NCBI RefSeq assembly: GCF_006345805.1
Contig: NC_042998.1
Span: 18,538,001 to 18,602,000 of the forward strand
Reading direction: 5' to 3'
Length of the DNA stretch: 64,000 bases
Origin: Octopus sinensis
Lineage: Eukaryota
Both the position numbers and the translations under genes were made by a program. The notes beneath the pieces are model-generated. The model did not search any database. It was not told the origin of the DNA and was given only the letters and a program-made list of their open reading frames with translations. Shown piece after piece: positions 1 to 13,364 of the stretch. Positions within the stretch are counted from its first letter, which is position 1. Each line of letters begins with the position of its first letter.

Positions 1-1962
1 AATAATCTGTCATTATGTTGTCGATAAAGTCTTTCGTGATTGATGTCGAATATTATTTTTATTATTGTTGTTGCTGCTGCTGCAGCTCTCGTTTTTCTTG
101 TTCTTATTATTCTAGAAATTTTTTGTTCTTTTTATTCTTTTTTACAGCTGTTCTTTCTCTTTGTTTTGCTTTGTTTTCTTGTTTTTTCCTATCGACCTTT
201 TGTTCGTGTTGTTATTCGATTTGCTGAAGTAATTACATAATATGAAGATAGAAATCACACATATATGCAGCCGGCAGAAAAAAACAACAAAACAAAACAT
301 TTAAACAAAACAAAAAAAAGCAAGAATCTGCAGCAGATTCGAAGGAAAATAACCTAAAGGAAGATAAAAGCAAATTTTAAATGGTATAGCTCGTTTAGAT
401 AGCAGAGCAAACCTAAAATAAGAACTGACAGACAAACGCTTTCAGGCAAAAGTATTGAGTTACTAAGGTGGTATGCGGAAACGACATCAGAATAGTCAAT
501 AAATCTGCTGCCAACGCAAGCTAGTTATTGTCTTGAACAGATCAATTCACATATTTTTTACTGACTGCCGCATATCCTGATGGTTCTGCAACCGGATTTA
601 ACAAGAATATAATGAGAGAAAGCGGTCAAAAAGCATGAAACCAAGAACTGGTTAATAATGCTATAAGCCATGTGTTGTTGTTTTTTTCTTTGGTTCGGAA
701 GAGAAGACATATAATCCATGTGGAGTTCGTATTGGCTCAGTCACTGTTTTCTTGCCTCATGATAAATAATTGCGGATTGAATTCAGGACTATAAGTTATA
801 AAATTAGTTAATATATCTAAAATTCCGCGAAATTAAACATGAAATCAAATAACATATTGGATGCCTTACCGAATAGATGAGATCATTGAATAGTTACATA
901 TATTGAATTTTATTTGGTGGGTATGTGGGGACAATGCCTTTCATAGAGAAAAGAGAGAGTGAGAGAAAACGAGCGTGAAGTTGTGAATGGCGGATAAATT
1001 GCCGAACTTGTGTCTTTGCTTGAGGTTTTAGTGATGTGAGTGTACAGAAATTTAGATGAGAATACAACCTTCATTTCTGGTGCAACATTTTGTAAACTTG
1101 CTCCACGCTTCATGGCGATATGGATAACCAAAACATCAATTTTTTTTATCACGATGACACTGACATGTGTTGAACAGAAAGTGAATGAAAGTGAAAGTAA
1201 ATCTTGCAACAGGTCAAAATTACAGCATCATTTGCAACTACGAATTATTTGAATTCACTTAGGTTTTCCGAATATGCACTGACTGCTATATTTCCTTTTT
1301 ATTTTATTGCACTTATTTTGCATGCAGAATATGTTTTGCTTTATATTTTTTCTCCAAGTGGAAAAACAAATTTCCCGATGATGAATAACAGAATTTGACA
1401 AAATTCGTATAAGACCAAGCGAAATAAATTGTGAGATATATGCTCTTTCGTTTCCGGGTTTCACGTTATGTAGTCATGAAAGGAGCAATATTTATTAAGT
1501 GGAACCAAGATACTCACTGACGTTTTCTTTCTAAATACATATTTTCTCAGTCTATATTTAAAAATAATGGCACAAATACAAACGTATGAACACTGCGTTA
1601 CGAGATGTAAACATGTGAACTTTACAATCTGATCTTATTCTTCCATCTCCAGAAGTCGTCTAATTATTTCCATAGATTATCCAACTATAGATATACGTTT
1701 TTCATATAGATAGCGGCCCTATTACAGGCCTCTAAGTTCATGTGAAAGAGTTGAAACGGCTTCTATAGCGTTAATCTATCAGATGCAAATCCTCTTTTTT
1801 CCTTGATTCCATGTTTCATGGGGAAAAAAATCATCCTCTCATATACATCTATTTATTACCAGCAACTGTATCATATTTATTCAAAATAAAACTGCAGAGA
1901 TATTGAACTCTAAATCAATGACCGAGTATCATAATAACATATTCAACGTACCAATTGAATAA

Positions 1963-2585
1963 TCTTTTCTACTCTAGGCCCAAGGACCGAAATTTTAGAG
2001 GAGGACGTCCGTCGATTAGATTGAAACCAGTACGTATCTGGTACTTAATTTATCGACCACAAAGGTGATGAAACGCAAAGTCGACCTCGGCGGAATTTGA
2101 ACTCAGAACGTAAAGACACACCAAATACTGTAAGCATTTCGCTCGGCGTGATAACGATTCTGCCAGTTCGCTGCCTGTAAATAATATATCTTCTCTACTC
2201 TAGACACAAGGCCTGAAGATTTTGGGGAGGGGGACAGTTTATTAGATCGACCTCAGTACGTAACTGGTACTTAATTTATCGACCCTGAAAGGATGAAAGT
2301 CAAAGTCGACCTCGGCGGAATTTGAACTTAGAACGTAATGGCAGACGAAATACTTATTTCTTTACTACCCAAAAGGGGCTAAACACAGAGAGGACAAACA
2401 AGGACAGACATAGGTATTAAGTCGATTATATCGACCCCAGTACGTAACTGGTACTTAATTTATCGACCCCGAAAGGATGAAAGGTAAAGTTGACATCGGC
2501 GGAATTTGAACTAAGAACGTAAAAACAGACGAAATACCGCTAAGCATTTCGCCCGGCGTGCTAACGTTTCTGCCAGCTCGCCGCC
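1963..2585 (-). mobile_element. Cluster of three tRNA-derived SINEs (family A)
   Basis: Three successive reverse copies (~1963-2176, ~2190-2353, ~2354-2585) of GGCGGCGAGCTGGCAGAAACGTTAGC (A box)...GAGTTCAAATTCCGCCGAGGTCGAC (B box)...CCTTTCATCCTTTCGGGGTCGATAAATTAAGTACC. Two tail types are present. Confidence 0.9.
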
Positions 2586-3129
2586 CCGTACCAACTGAAT
2601 AATACCGTGTTTGCATGGCTAGTCCAAATAAACGAATAATACGAATATTACATTGAAGTATCAGCTCCATTGGTGTTGTCTATTTTTTTATGACTTTGAT
2701 AGCACAAGTTCAAAAACACGTCTACACTTTAGAATCTTACACATACTTATTTATAGATGTGTGTGTGTGTGTGTGTGCGTCTGTGTGTCTCTGCGGTTTG
2801 TGTGTGTGCGTGTGTATAAATAATTTCAACAGTGTCTCGTGAATAGAGGAAAATTTGGTGTGCTGCTTCAGTTTGGATATATGAACCAAGGCCTTGTAAA
2901 TACATTGTTCTAATTAGCATACTTGTTTTCGCGACAACAGTTGTAATTAATGGATATTTTTAAATGGTACAAACAGTAAGTATGTTTTCGCATAAAAGTC
3001 TCCTCGTTAGCTGACACATTCATTGTCGGTGATGTTACATCAAATTTAAACGAGCAAAGAGAAAATTGTGTGTGTGTGTGTGTGTCTTCGTGTGCATACA
3101 CCCAAGTATGTGTATGTAAAGGTGTGTAC

Positions 3130-3512
3130 ATATATGCATACGTGCATACATACATACATGCATGCATACATACATTCATACATACATACATACATACATG
3201 CATACATACATATATACATGCATGCATACATATATACATGCATGCATACATTCATACATACATACATACATACATACATGAATACATGCATGCATACATA
3301 CATACATACATAAATACATACATACATACATACATACATACTTACATATACATACATACATACATACATACATACATACATACATACATACATGCATACA
3401 TGCATATATACATACATAAATACATACATGCATATATACATACATACATACATACATACATACATACATACATACATACATACATACATACATACATACA
3501 TACTGCATGCAT
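3130..3512 (+). repeat. (TACA)n / (TGCA) compound microsatellite
   Basis: Direct tetranucleotide run; it generates the IHTY/MYVC pseudo-ORFs. Confidence 0.95.
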
Positions 3513-4629
3513 GCATACGTAACGAAGGCAACTTAATATAGCAGCTAATTTCAGTAATCAGACGCTGAAAACTCAACGCTATTTTTGTCTTAAGCTTTTA
3601 CCGATTTCTGCTGTTCTAGTAGTTTTCTGAGGAATGCCGTATGGCTTCAGCCCAACATGAAGCGTGATTACAGACTTATTCTAGTTTGAGACTAAGTAAT
3701 ATTTTCATTCGGAATTACTTGCTACGCAGCGATATAAATAGTGCATTCTTGTTTAACGTTTCTAAATTTGTGAGTCTTATGTTTAATAGTAAAACAGACG
3801 TAAATAATGCTGATGCCTATTCGTGCAAGCGCACCGACAGCAGAAGGATTTTAACAGACAGGAGGAAGAGAAAATGAAAACAGGGATGGAAAGAAAAAGA
3901 GACGGAGAAACGCATGAATATAAAGACACATCTTGACAGAGATTAGGATAAATAGAAGCGAGCGGTGATGATCAGAAATGAATTGATCGGAAAGAAGCCA
4001 AATGGTCACGCGTATATATATATATACCCTACAACACCAGATATGCATTCAACGAGACTCAATGCTAACTGCAGTTGTGTACATACATTTATATGTAGAT
4101 GCACACATGCAAACCCCTATATACGCGCTAGGGCGTGTTGTGTGTTTGAGATGTTTTCATATTTGCGGTTACTCACAAAGGGGAAAATATCATTAAGTCA
4201 AGGAACTGCAGGGGCTTTTCGTTTCCTAGATTGGCTGTTGTATGCATATATGTCTGACGTATAAATAAAGTTGCTCTCGTGGATGCGCATGTCACAGAAA
4301 AAAAAAACACAACTTCATATCTTGCTACCATTTATTTCTGTGTTCGGATATACGACGCATCTTTATGCTATTGGATGCACATGTGCACTCGGGAGCCTGT
4401 AACAGAAAATCCGTTGAATACTTTAAGAATAATAACTGTCCTATTGATCAGTTGTGTTCTGAGAATGCAAATAAGCTACTTCTCTTCCTTATAAATAACC
4501 CAAGCATTTGTAGCTTTCTATGAAGCTTAAGCTCATGTTTACGGTGACCCGTGTATCTATGATAACTAGAGCAAATAAACATTTATAAACTTGATAGATA
4601 TGAGAAATGTAGGTTTCCCATCAGTTCTC

Positions 4630-5430
4630 TATTGATATTCTCTTGCAGATGTTTTCAAAGAGCTACTGATGATGGGTAACATCTTCAACATTGGTGTGGT
4701 ACCGTTGACCATTACAGACCATTATAGACTTTCCTATATCTTTTTTTGCGATCAGGTATTTTGTAGCTCTCCTGTTATTGGATAGTAAAGGCATGACCTG
4801 CTGAATGAAACTTTATATTTTTATCGCGGCATTATCAGAATTTATCCGATACATACTTTCAGCTAGTATGATGAGTGCATCTCCTCGAAGTCTCCACGTA
4901 CGTCAGTCCAGCCGACCTTGGTTTTCATGGGACAACTGTAAACCCGGAGATGTTCAGGCCTTATGCACCTAATCTCATAATGTTCTTTCAAACATGTATG
5001 ACTATACACATAATATATTCATTTCTTCCTTTAGTGTTCATTAGCTTTTGTTCGGTGACGCAATGTTGAACTTAATGGCCTTCTGGACGGATCATCTACC
5101 ACTGCATATAGCCCTTTGTTAAACAGAGATCCTTTTAGTGTCACTGCCGGTGTGGAAGCCACCAAGCACTGTTAGTACATTCTTAATTTTCACATGTATA
5201 TTGCGCTTTTCTCAAGTATCCCAAATGTTGTAACTAGCACTGGAATAGCGTAAATATTGTGACATATCGTGTCATTGAAAGCAGACAGATCCAACTTCCA
5301 TACTTAACGGACTGTGCTGAAGTACAATTTTGTCACTAGCTTTATTCATAACACAGACATGCAATAGTTACTTTCATTCCAAGATATATTCAGCATGCAT
5401 CATTGGTGACGGCCGAGATAGACTTGTCAT
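4630..5430 (-). mobile_element. Decayed R4/Dong-clade non-LTR retrotransposon fragment (RT thumb to CCHC knuckle)
   Basis: Minus-strand translation across stops and shifts gives YLG, LSAFNDTICHNIYAIPVLVTTFGIL, KIKNVLTVLGGFHTGSDTKRI and ATKYLIAKKDIGK..CNGQRYHTNVEDVTH. These match the pattern I recall for R4-clade elements (LSAFNK..AHN.FAVPV..FGI, FH..SD..RL, C..C...ED..H). Confidence 0.65.
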
Positions 5431-5505
5431 TGTCAGCCATATTAATTGATTCTATCTATCTGTCTGTGTGTATGTATGTGTGTGTGTATGTATATAAATA
5501 TATAC

Positions 5506-5545
<40 letters not shown>

Positions 5546-5720
5546 TAATAAAATATTAGGGAATAAATCCCATTTACAGGGAAAAAATCAGATTTAGGAT
5601 TAAATCGATTTTATAGTAAAATATTATAAATATTATTCGAGACAAAACCACTATTTTGCAAACAAACAAGGAAAGACTTAATTAATACTTAAAATTTTAA
5701 TAAATAGTCAAAAAAAACCG

Positions 5721-5763
5721 CCACTACAATCGTTTCTTGTCTTGATCGACAATCTTCAGGTGG
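5721..5763 (-). ncRNA. Minimal type-I hammerhead ribozyme motif (P0)
   Basis: Reverse complement reads CCAC-CUGAAGA-UUGUC[GAUCAA]GACAA-GAAAC-GAUU-GUA-GUGG: stem I CCAC/GUGG, intact core, 5-bp stem II, short stem III, GUA cleavage triplet. Confidence 0.85.
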
Positions 5764-5786
5764 ACTTCCAATCTAAAAATCACGTT

Positions 5787-7432
5787 GTTTTATTACATTG
5801 TTTCATTCATAATTTTTTGAGTGGTTCGTTTTGCCACGTGAATACCGGGAGGTGGACTAGCGTTGTTTGGAATTGTGAATGGAATAGTGTAGTAGTGAGG
5901 TAGCCATAGAGAATGGGTTTGGGTTACTACTGCAAGTTGTTTGTTAGTCTTTTTTTACATAAGTTATTTCTATGGTAACGTAATTTTGGTTTGATTTTTT
6001 AACGGCTAAGAATTTAATTTCACTTCATAATTTGACACTGAATTGTAAGTATGTATTTTATTTACCTTTATGTCATATTGTTAGTTTTGATATTCTGGTT
6101 ATTACGATGTATTTAATGTGTTTTCATAGGAGTGTTTATGTATATGAGATTGTGTGCGAGTTTTTAGTTGTATAATTTATTTATCTGTATGAGTGTGGGT
6201 GTGTAAATATTGTTGTATATATTGAGTTTAGTGAGTATGTATATGCGTATATGTGAGGGAGTATATGTATCTGTTGTGTGTGTGTGTTTGTGTGTGTGTG
6301 TGTTTGTGTGTGAATGTGTATATGGATTTGTTATTTAGGTTTTGGGATGTATGAGTTAATTTGTCTGTGTGGGAGGGAGTGGGTTTTGGTGTATATGGAG
6401 GTTTATAAGTTAGTTTAGGTATGTGTATAAGTCGTGGGTCTGTGGTTTACGTGTGTGTTTGTGTGTTGAATGTTTAGGTTAGGGGGATTACTATATAGGT
6501 TTGTTATAGAGTTTAGCAAAGGGAGATTTTATCGTTATATGTTTTTTAAGAGTTTTTGGTTATCATGGTTTTTTTTAGGGAATTCGTAGTAATTTGTCTA
6601 TTTTCGATGTTGGTTGTTTTATTATATTGTTTCATTCATAATTTTTTGAGTGGTGTTCGTTTTGCCACGTGAATTTTATTTTTAATTCCATTTATTCCAT
6701 TTCTCCATTCATTAATTTAGAGATGTTCGTTTCCAGAGCGGTTATACTTTTTATATATATGTTAAGTTCCTTGGTAAAGTAATTTTGTTTGGTGTATATG
6801 TTGAGGCTTATATGTACTTCTGGGTGTGTGTGAGTGGGGTGGGAGTTTGTATTTGTTATGGTGTGTGTTTTACGAGTGGTTTTGTGTGTGAATGTATAGG
6901 TTAAAGGATTGCTATATAAGTATGTTTTAGTGTTTAGTAAAGGAGGTTTTATCATTTCTGTTTTGTGAGTTTTAGCTTATCATGGTAGTTTTATAAAAGA
7001 ATCTATTCATAATTTTTGGTTTATTTGTCTGTGTGGGGTTGAGTGGGTTTTTTGAGTATATGTTGAGGTTTATATGTATGTATTGGTGTGTGTAAGTGGT
7101 GTGGGTATTGTATATGTCGTGGGTGTGTGGTTTACGTGTGTGTATTTGTGTGTGAATGTTTAGCTTAGGGGGATTGCTATATAGGTTTGTTATAGAGTTT
7201 AAAAGGGAGATTTTATCATTATATGTTTTTATGAGTTTTGGTTATCATGGTAGGTTTGATAAGGAATTTGTAGTAATTTGTGTCTATTTGCGATGTCTGT
7301 TGTTTTTATTGCATTGTTTCATTCATATTTTTAAGTAGTGTTCGTTTTACCAAGTGAATATAATTTTTAATTCCATTTATTCCATTTCTCCGTTCATAGT
7401 TTTGAGTGATGTCCGTTTTCTAGAGCGTGAAT
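5787..7432 (+). repeat. Degenerate nested tandem repeats forming the P0 body
   Basis: Motif TTGTTTT..TTCATTCATAATTTTTTGAGTGG..TTCGTTTTGCCACGTGAAT recurs at ~5787, ~6613 and ~7300. ~300-bp GT-rich subunits recur at ~6340, ~6770 and ~7010. Confidence 0.8.
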
Positions 7433-7871
7433 GTGGGTTGTATGTGTGTGTGTGTGGGAGTATGAATAAGTATTGTGTTGAAGTATTTAGCTATTTTATT
7501 TATTTATAGTTGCCTAGACATTTTTATGTGTATGTATAGGGATATATATATAGGTGTGTGATTTAGTGTATGTAGTTAGATATGGTTATATATAATTAGG
7601 TATATGTGTATGGGTGTATATAAGTTTATTATTATATTATTATTATTTTTTTGTTTTGTTTTATATTTTATTTTTTATTTTATATTTTATATTTTATATT
7701 TTATATTTAATTGTTGATAGGTTTTTTAGTTTATATATTGTTTATATATTGTTTATATATGGATTATAGATAGTTATATATGGATTATATACTTATATTT
7801 TTTCATTCATACTTTATTATTTAAAAATTATTATTTTTATATTTAAAAATATTGATTTTTTAGATTGGAAG

Positions 7872-7915
7872 TCCCCTGAAGATTGTCCGATCAAGACAAG
7901 AAACGATTGTAGTGG
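7872..7915 (+). ncRNA. Hammerhead motif, second (inverted) P0 copy
   Basis: UCCC-CUGAAGA-UUGUC[CGAUCAA]GACAA-GAAAC-GAUU-GUA-GUGG. The core is intact but stem I is weakened by a 1-nt deletion (CCAC to CCC). Confidence 0.7.
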
Positions 7916-8253
7916 CGGTTTTTTTTGACTATTTATTAAAATTTTATGTATTAATTAAGTCTTTCCTTGTTTGTTTTGCAAAATAGTGTTTTGTCTCGAA
8001 TAATATTTTATATATATATAATATATATCTAATATATATTATATATATATATAAATATACAAGATAAGAAAATACATCTAAATCAAATATCATTACCAGA
8101 TAATACTCAATCACATACTTTATTAAACCACCACATAGAGACTGTAGGGTTAAATATAAAAGGCAGAACAAATCAGTGTAACATAAAGGAATGTACATAA
8201 TATTGGATATATGTTATCCCATGGAGGGTTGCATTTACAACCCCTATCTCATT

Positions 8254-8325
<72 letters not shown>

Positions 8326-9759
8326 GTATATGTATATGTATATATGTATGTATATATGTATATGAGGAGTGCTCAAAAGTACCTACTTTTAAAATGTATC
8401 ATGAAAGGCACAACTTCCGAGTTCTTTTGCAGGACTTTAAAAAGACATAAGGACCAACCTAAAATATGTGTGAATCTTACAAAGGAATATTTTGAAAAGA
8501 AACATAATTATCTACTACTCTTTTATTTTGTCGAAAGCCAGGAATATTTCAGCACATTCACGAATGCATGTATAAATATATAAATGCATATAGAAACAGG
8601 ATGTTTCTATATACGTTTATTTAAAAGAAGTAAACGTTTGACGGTAAGGTTTTTTTCCTATTTCATATAAACGATGTTGTGTAATAATTTTTATAAATTT
8701 TCAATTATATTTCAGCCTCAAATTTCTCTTCACAGTAATTAAAATTACACCGACCAAGAAAAATTAATTAGCATGAAATCTTACATGCCAACACAATGTC
8801 ATTTCTATGTGAAGTAGCCATTACGGTCTCATGCCTCTGGCCATATTTCGTATGATGCAAACAATGAACATTCTGCCAAGTTATATTCTTCAGCGAAAGG
8901 AAACGATGTATTCAGTGGTAGCTTCTATCAAACACACTTGGAACTCGAAGCCACTATATTGTGAATCAGTGTCAACGTTTATTCCAGTGTTATTTAATTT
9001 AAACACATATAACACCAATTCTATGATACCCAACACAGTGCATATTTTGGCGTACACATACACATACTTACATACATACACACACATTGTTCCGAGTGGT
9101 GTATGCAGCAGACTGTATATATTAAAAAACAAAAGGAGGTATCCAGAATTTGGGATAATTATTTCTTTATCGCTTGCATCTCTTTCTGAGGGATTCATCA
9201 TGAATGATTTATTTGCAGAAAAGTCATGCTGTTATATGTATGTTAGATGAAATTGGGAGGAAAGAGTTCTTTGTTGCTTTGAATCTATAAGTTTGTATAT
9301 ATATACGTGTGTATATATATGTGTGTGTGTGTAAATATGAGTGTGGATGCAATGTTTTGGAGGCTTGGCGTCAGAGAAGAAAAGGGAGAAAGAAATACAG
9401 GAAGAAATACAAGACAAAAAGAAAGAAATAAGAAAGAAAAAAGGGAGAGATAGAAAGGAGCTTGATGGGAGATTCTTGAAATTGCATTGTATTTGGGGTG
9501 TGTTATCTTCCTACCAATCTATAGAAAGGGTCTTTATTCCGGTATAGTTCTAAATAATGCTCAAGAAGTCCATTTTGTTTTAGACATTGTATTGTTTATC
9601 AGTTGTTATATTAGTCATTTCTAGAAAAGCAACTCTGTCAAAACATTTTAGAACGTTTTAAAATGTGTGTGTTTGTGTATGTTGGTTATTTAAGTGAATT
9701 TTTCCGGCTATGTTAGTAAATGAACCGAGAACATTATTAATAATAATATCAAGTGGTAA

Positions 9760-10440
9760 TCTCATTTGGTTCGTTTGGGACAATAATTTTTTTAAATCAG
9801 GATTTCTTGTCTTTGCAAACATCTCTTTTTATATACATTTAGTTAGAGTAAGAAAGAACTGATAAAATGTAGTCTCATAGCCTTCCGGTTGTTGGATATT
9901 TGTAGAAGAGAAAGATTTTGAACCTGCTCTTTCTGCATATTTCCAGATGTTTACTCAGCGAAGTCTTGCGTAATTCTTGTTGTCTGACGTGTTGCCTGTG
10001 GATTCTTGTACGTTCCCGAACGGAATTGTTAGTGTCACCAACATAATTTTCTTTGCAATTGGTAAATGTCATGCACATAGATGAGATTCTATTTCTTTCA
10101 AATCATATCTGCCTCTACCTGGAAGCAGAATCCAATTTTAAGCAGTATATGGGAACAAGAATCCACATATTTTAAGTTGATGTTACATATTTCAAATATA
10201 TTATCCTCAGAGATTTTCACGAAGTTTGCTGAGACGGGTTTGACGTACTTTTGTCTTGAATACTATTGCACAAATACGCATTGTCATACTATATGGAATA
10301 TTTTGCTTGATGCGAGAAGAATGATAAGAGTAGGAATTGAAATACTTCTGTGTGGTTGTTTTTTGTAAAGTATATCCGTTATTACTGTAGAGTCTCATAT
10401 TTTTACCTGAATGTAAGTCATTATGATGGGTTTCTGTCGT
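9760..10440 (-). mobile_element. Decayed Penelope-like RT-thumb plus GIY-YIG endonuclease fragment
   Basis: ORF 10207-10398 reads QKYFNSYSYHSSRIKQNIPYSMTMRICAIV...RLSKLRE (PLE thumb). ORF 9875-10078 reads CMTFTNCKENYVGDTNNSVRERTRIHRQHVR...LSKHLEIC (GIY-YIG). Confidence 0.85.
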
Positions 10441-10600
10441 TAATTTAAAAGATGGGTGAAGGGTGAACAGAATATTATTGATATCTAAAACGAAATAAAA
10501 CAGTCATCAAGGAAGCGTTTACACTTGTGAATGACATATTCTAATATTCTATACTTCCTAGAATTGTTTTCTAAAAAGCTCATAACCAGTTTATTCCTTT

Positions 10601-10654
<54 letters not shown>

Positions 10655-10919
10655 CGCTCTCTCTTTCTAACAAAACCTCGAAAAATTCATAACACACGCA
10701 TCCACACCGATAAATACACATATACATTACACCTATAAACTCCAAATTTCCTCCATTTCCTTCCCAATTCAATTCAATATTTTTTTAACTCGCATATATA
10801 TAAAATCCAAGAATTATCTTTAAAGAATCATTTATGATGAATCCTTCACTATGAGATAAAGCAGCTAAATAAATAATTATCCGATGTTCAGATTAACTCA
10901 TTTTCCTTTGTATAAATAA

Positions 10920-11139
10920 AGGCGTGGCTGTGTAGTGAGAAGTTTTCTTGCCACCCATATGGCATTGGGTTCACTTTCACTGCGTGGTACATTCAGCGTC
11001 TCCTGTTATGATTGTGGGCAGATCAAAGCCCTATGAGCAGATTTCGTGGATGGAAACTGAAAGGAGCCTGTTATATATATATTTATGTGTATGTATGTGG
11101 TTTTGTGTTTTTTTTGTTCCCCACCACCGCTTGACAACT

Positions 11140-11141
<2 letters not shown>
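10920..11141 (+). mobile_element. Diverged CORE-type SINE (family B), 5' part
   Basis: GGCGTGGCTGTGTAGTGAGAAG...GGAAACTGAAAGGAGCCTG, an internal microsatellite, then CCACCACCGCTTGACAAC. Confidence 0.7.
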
Positions 11142-11189
<48 letters not shown>

Positions 11190-11491
11190 AAGATAGATAG
11201 ATAGATAGATAGAAGGAATACAGTGATTCTGCTGAAAATTCTGTGAATAGATATCATAGTTAAATAATAGATACACGCACATAAACACATGCACACATAT
11301 ACACACGCGTGCATACACAGAAACACACATAAAAATATACAAACATACGTAGTGTACCTTAGCGTACAATTAGACGAACAACGACTATAGTTGTGTTTAG
11401 AGTTCTACGTAGATTATCATCATCCAATATTTTGCTCTGTATAGTGGTTTTCTAAATTCAAAACTTCGTATTATTATTGGTTAGTTATGCG

Positions 11492-11781
11492 CCCTTTTCA
11501 AGCCTAACCATGACCATGGGGTCAGTTTCCCGGTTTTTGTGTCGTGTGCCACTCCCCCAGCTGGACGGGACGCCAGCGTTACTCAAGAAACAGGAAGAGA
11601 GAGAGTGAGAGAAAGTTGGGGCGAAAGAATACAACAGGGCTCGCCACCACGCCCTGTCGGAGCCTCGTGGAGCTTTAGGTGTTTTCGCTCAATAAACACA
11701 CAACACCCGGTCTGGGAATCGAAACCACGATCCTCCGACCGCGAGTCCACTGCCACTACCACTGGGCCATTGTGCCTCCAC
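11492..11781 (-). mobile_element. tRNA-derived SINE family C, tail type ii
   Basis: Reverse copy of the GGAGGCGCAATGGCCCAGTGG head. The tail contains CTGGACGGGACGCC on the plus strand. Confidence 0.85.
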
Positions 11782-12019
11782 GAAATTAACTTACACATTA
11801 GTTTAATATCGTTCCTTCTCTACGTACGCTTCACCATTGTGGTTGTTAGGAATTTCTGCAGTGAATGTCTCAAACAAACACAGCGATGAAATTTCTGTAG
11901 CGTACAAATATATGTGTATATATGTGTCTGTATCTGTGTGTGTGAGTGTGTGAGTGTGTGTTTGTGTATGTGAGCTGTATCTGTGTGTATGTGTGTATGC
12001 AGCTATCTATCTATCTATC

Positions 12020-12079
<60 letters not shown>

Positions 12080-12581
12080 GTGCGTGTGTGTCTATATATA
12101 TATATTATATATATATATATATATAGTTTCCTTTTGTATATACATGTATGAATACATACAATTGAATGTGTGTATCTGCAAGTTTGCATATATATATATT
12201 TGGTCATGAACGAAAGTTATAGGCATGTTGCTGAGGCGCTGCGATGTATTATTCTAAAGAATAGTGCTGCCTTGGCGCCATTACAATTCCAATATATCAA
12301 GAAATTTTCTATTTTTAAGAGTGAATTCTATAATTCATTAATAAATGCATGGTGGTTGTAGTTATCCATTCATAATCAAAAGATGATGCAACGTATTACT
12401 TTATATTTCTTGGTTACTTTATATTGCCATGGTTACAGACACTAGCAACAACATTGTTGTTGCTAGAGGTGCTTGTGGAAGAGATGAGTTGCTTTTGGGA
12501 TGATTAATGCTCTGTGAGTTATTCAGTTTTCAATTTTGACATTTAATCTTCTCATGAAAGACATAAAACCAAACAATATGG

Positions 12582-12613
<32 letters not shown>

Positions 12614-12688
12614 AAATATAGATAAATAGACAGATAGATAGATAACTAGATATGTAGATATATAGAGTGATAGATCAATAGATGACTG

Positions 12689-12733
<45 letters not shown>

Positions 12734-12764
12734 GTAGATAGGTAGATAGATAGATAGATAGATA

Positions 12765-13037
12765 AGTTTCTTTATTGGCCACACAGGGCTGCACACAGAT
12801 GGGACAAATTACAAGGTAGAGCTTTTCTTTTGGGGGATGAAAAAAAAAGTGGCGTAGGTTTTCGATCAAAAGGGGATCGTAAAAGTGAAAAAATAAAAAA
12901 AGAAAAAAAAGAAAAGAAACAAAAGAAAAGAAAAAAAGAAAAAAGAAGAAAAAAGAGGAAAAAAAGGGGAAGAGTTAAAAAAAACGATCAATAGGGATCG
13001 TGTATCACAGTGTCATGATGTACGGTGTAAAGGGGGA
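12765..13037 (-). mobile_element. 5'-truncated retroposon 3' end embedded in (TAGA)n
   Basis: Minus strand ends ...GTGTGCAGCCCTGTGTGGCCAATAAAGAAACT followed by (ATCT)n, contains a T-rich UTR-like tract, and has (TAGA)n on both sides. Confidence 0.5.
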
Positions 13038-13315
<278 letters not shown>

Positions 13316-13364
13316 AATATATGTATAGATGCATTCGTGCATTGTGTGTGTGTGTGTGTCCTTA

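Larger units (their letters stand above)
5545..8010 (-). mobile_element. Non-autonomous Penelope-like element (family P0) with inverted hammerhead-bearing terminal repeats
   Basis: 5625-5782 and 7853-8010 are ~157-bp inverted copies differing mainly in homopolymer length. The left copy extends to ~5545. The interior is G/T-rich and non-coding, and both ends abut (TA)n. Confidence 0.7.

Noticed and set aside
910-1209. 99-aa minus ORF and a plus-strand GT donor at ~1036
   Set aside because: No motif; the plus-strand ATG frame stops after 14 codons. It may be UTR but is unsupported.
2910-3576. Long ORFs in the track (MYVCMY.., IHTYIH.., YIYIYI.., LSIYLS.., poly-I/L), here and at 12-13, 15.5, 44, 48-52 and 55-58 kb
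   Set aside because: Translations of microsatellites that lack stop codons in some frames.
3623-3652. CTGAGGA-A-TGCC[GTAT]GGC, resembling a hammerhead 5' half
   Set aside because: No GAAA(C) after stem II and no stem III or cleavage triplet.
6692-6955. 87-aa minus ORF within the P0 body
   Set aside because: Product of AC-rich compositional bias; sister repeat units do not keep the frame.
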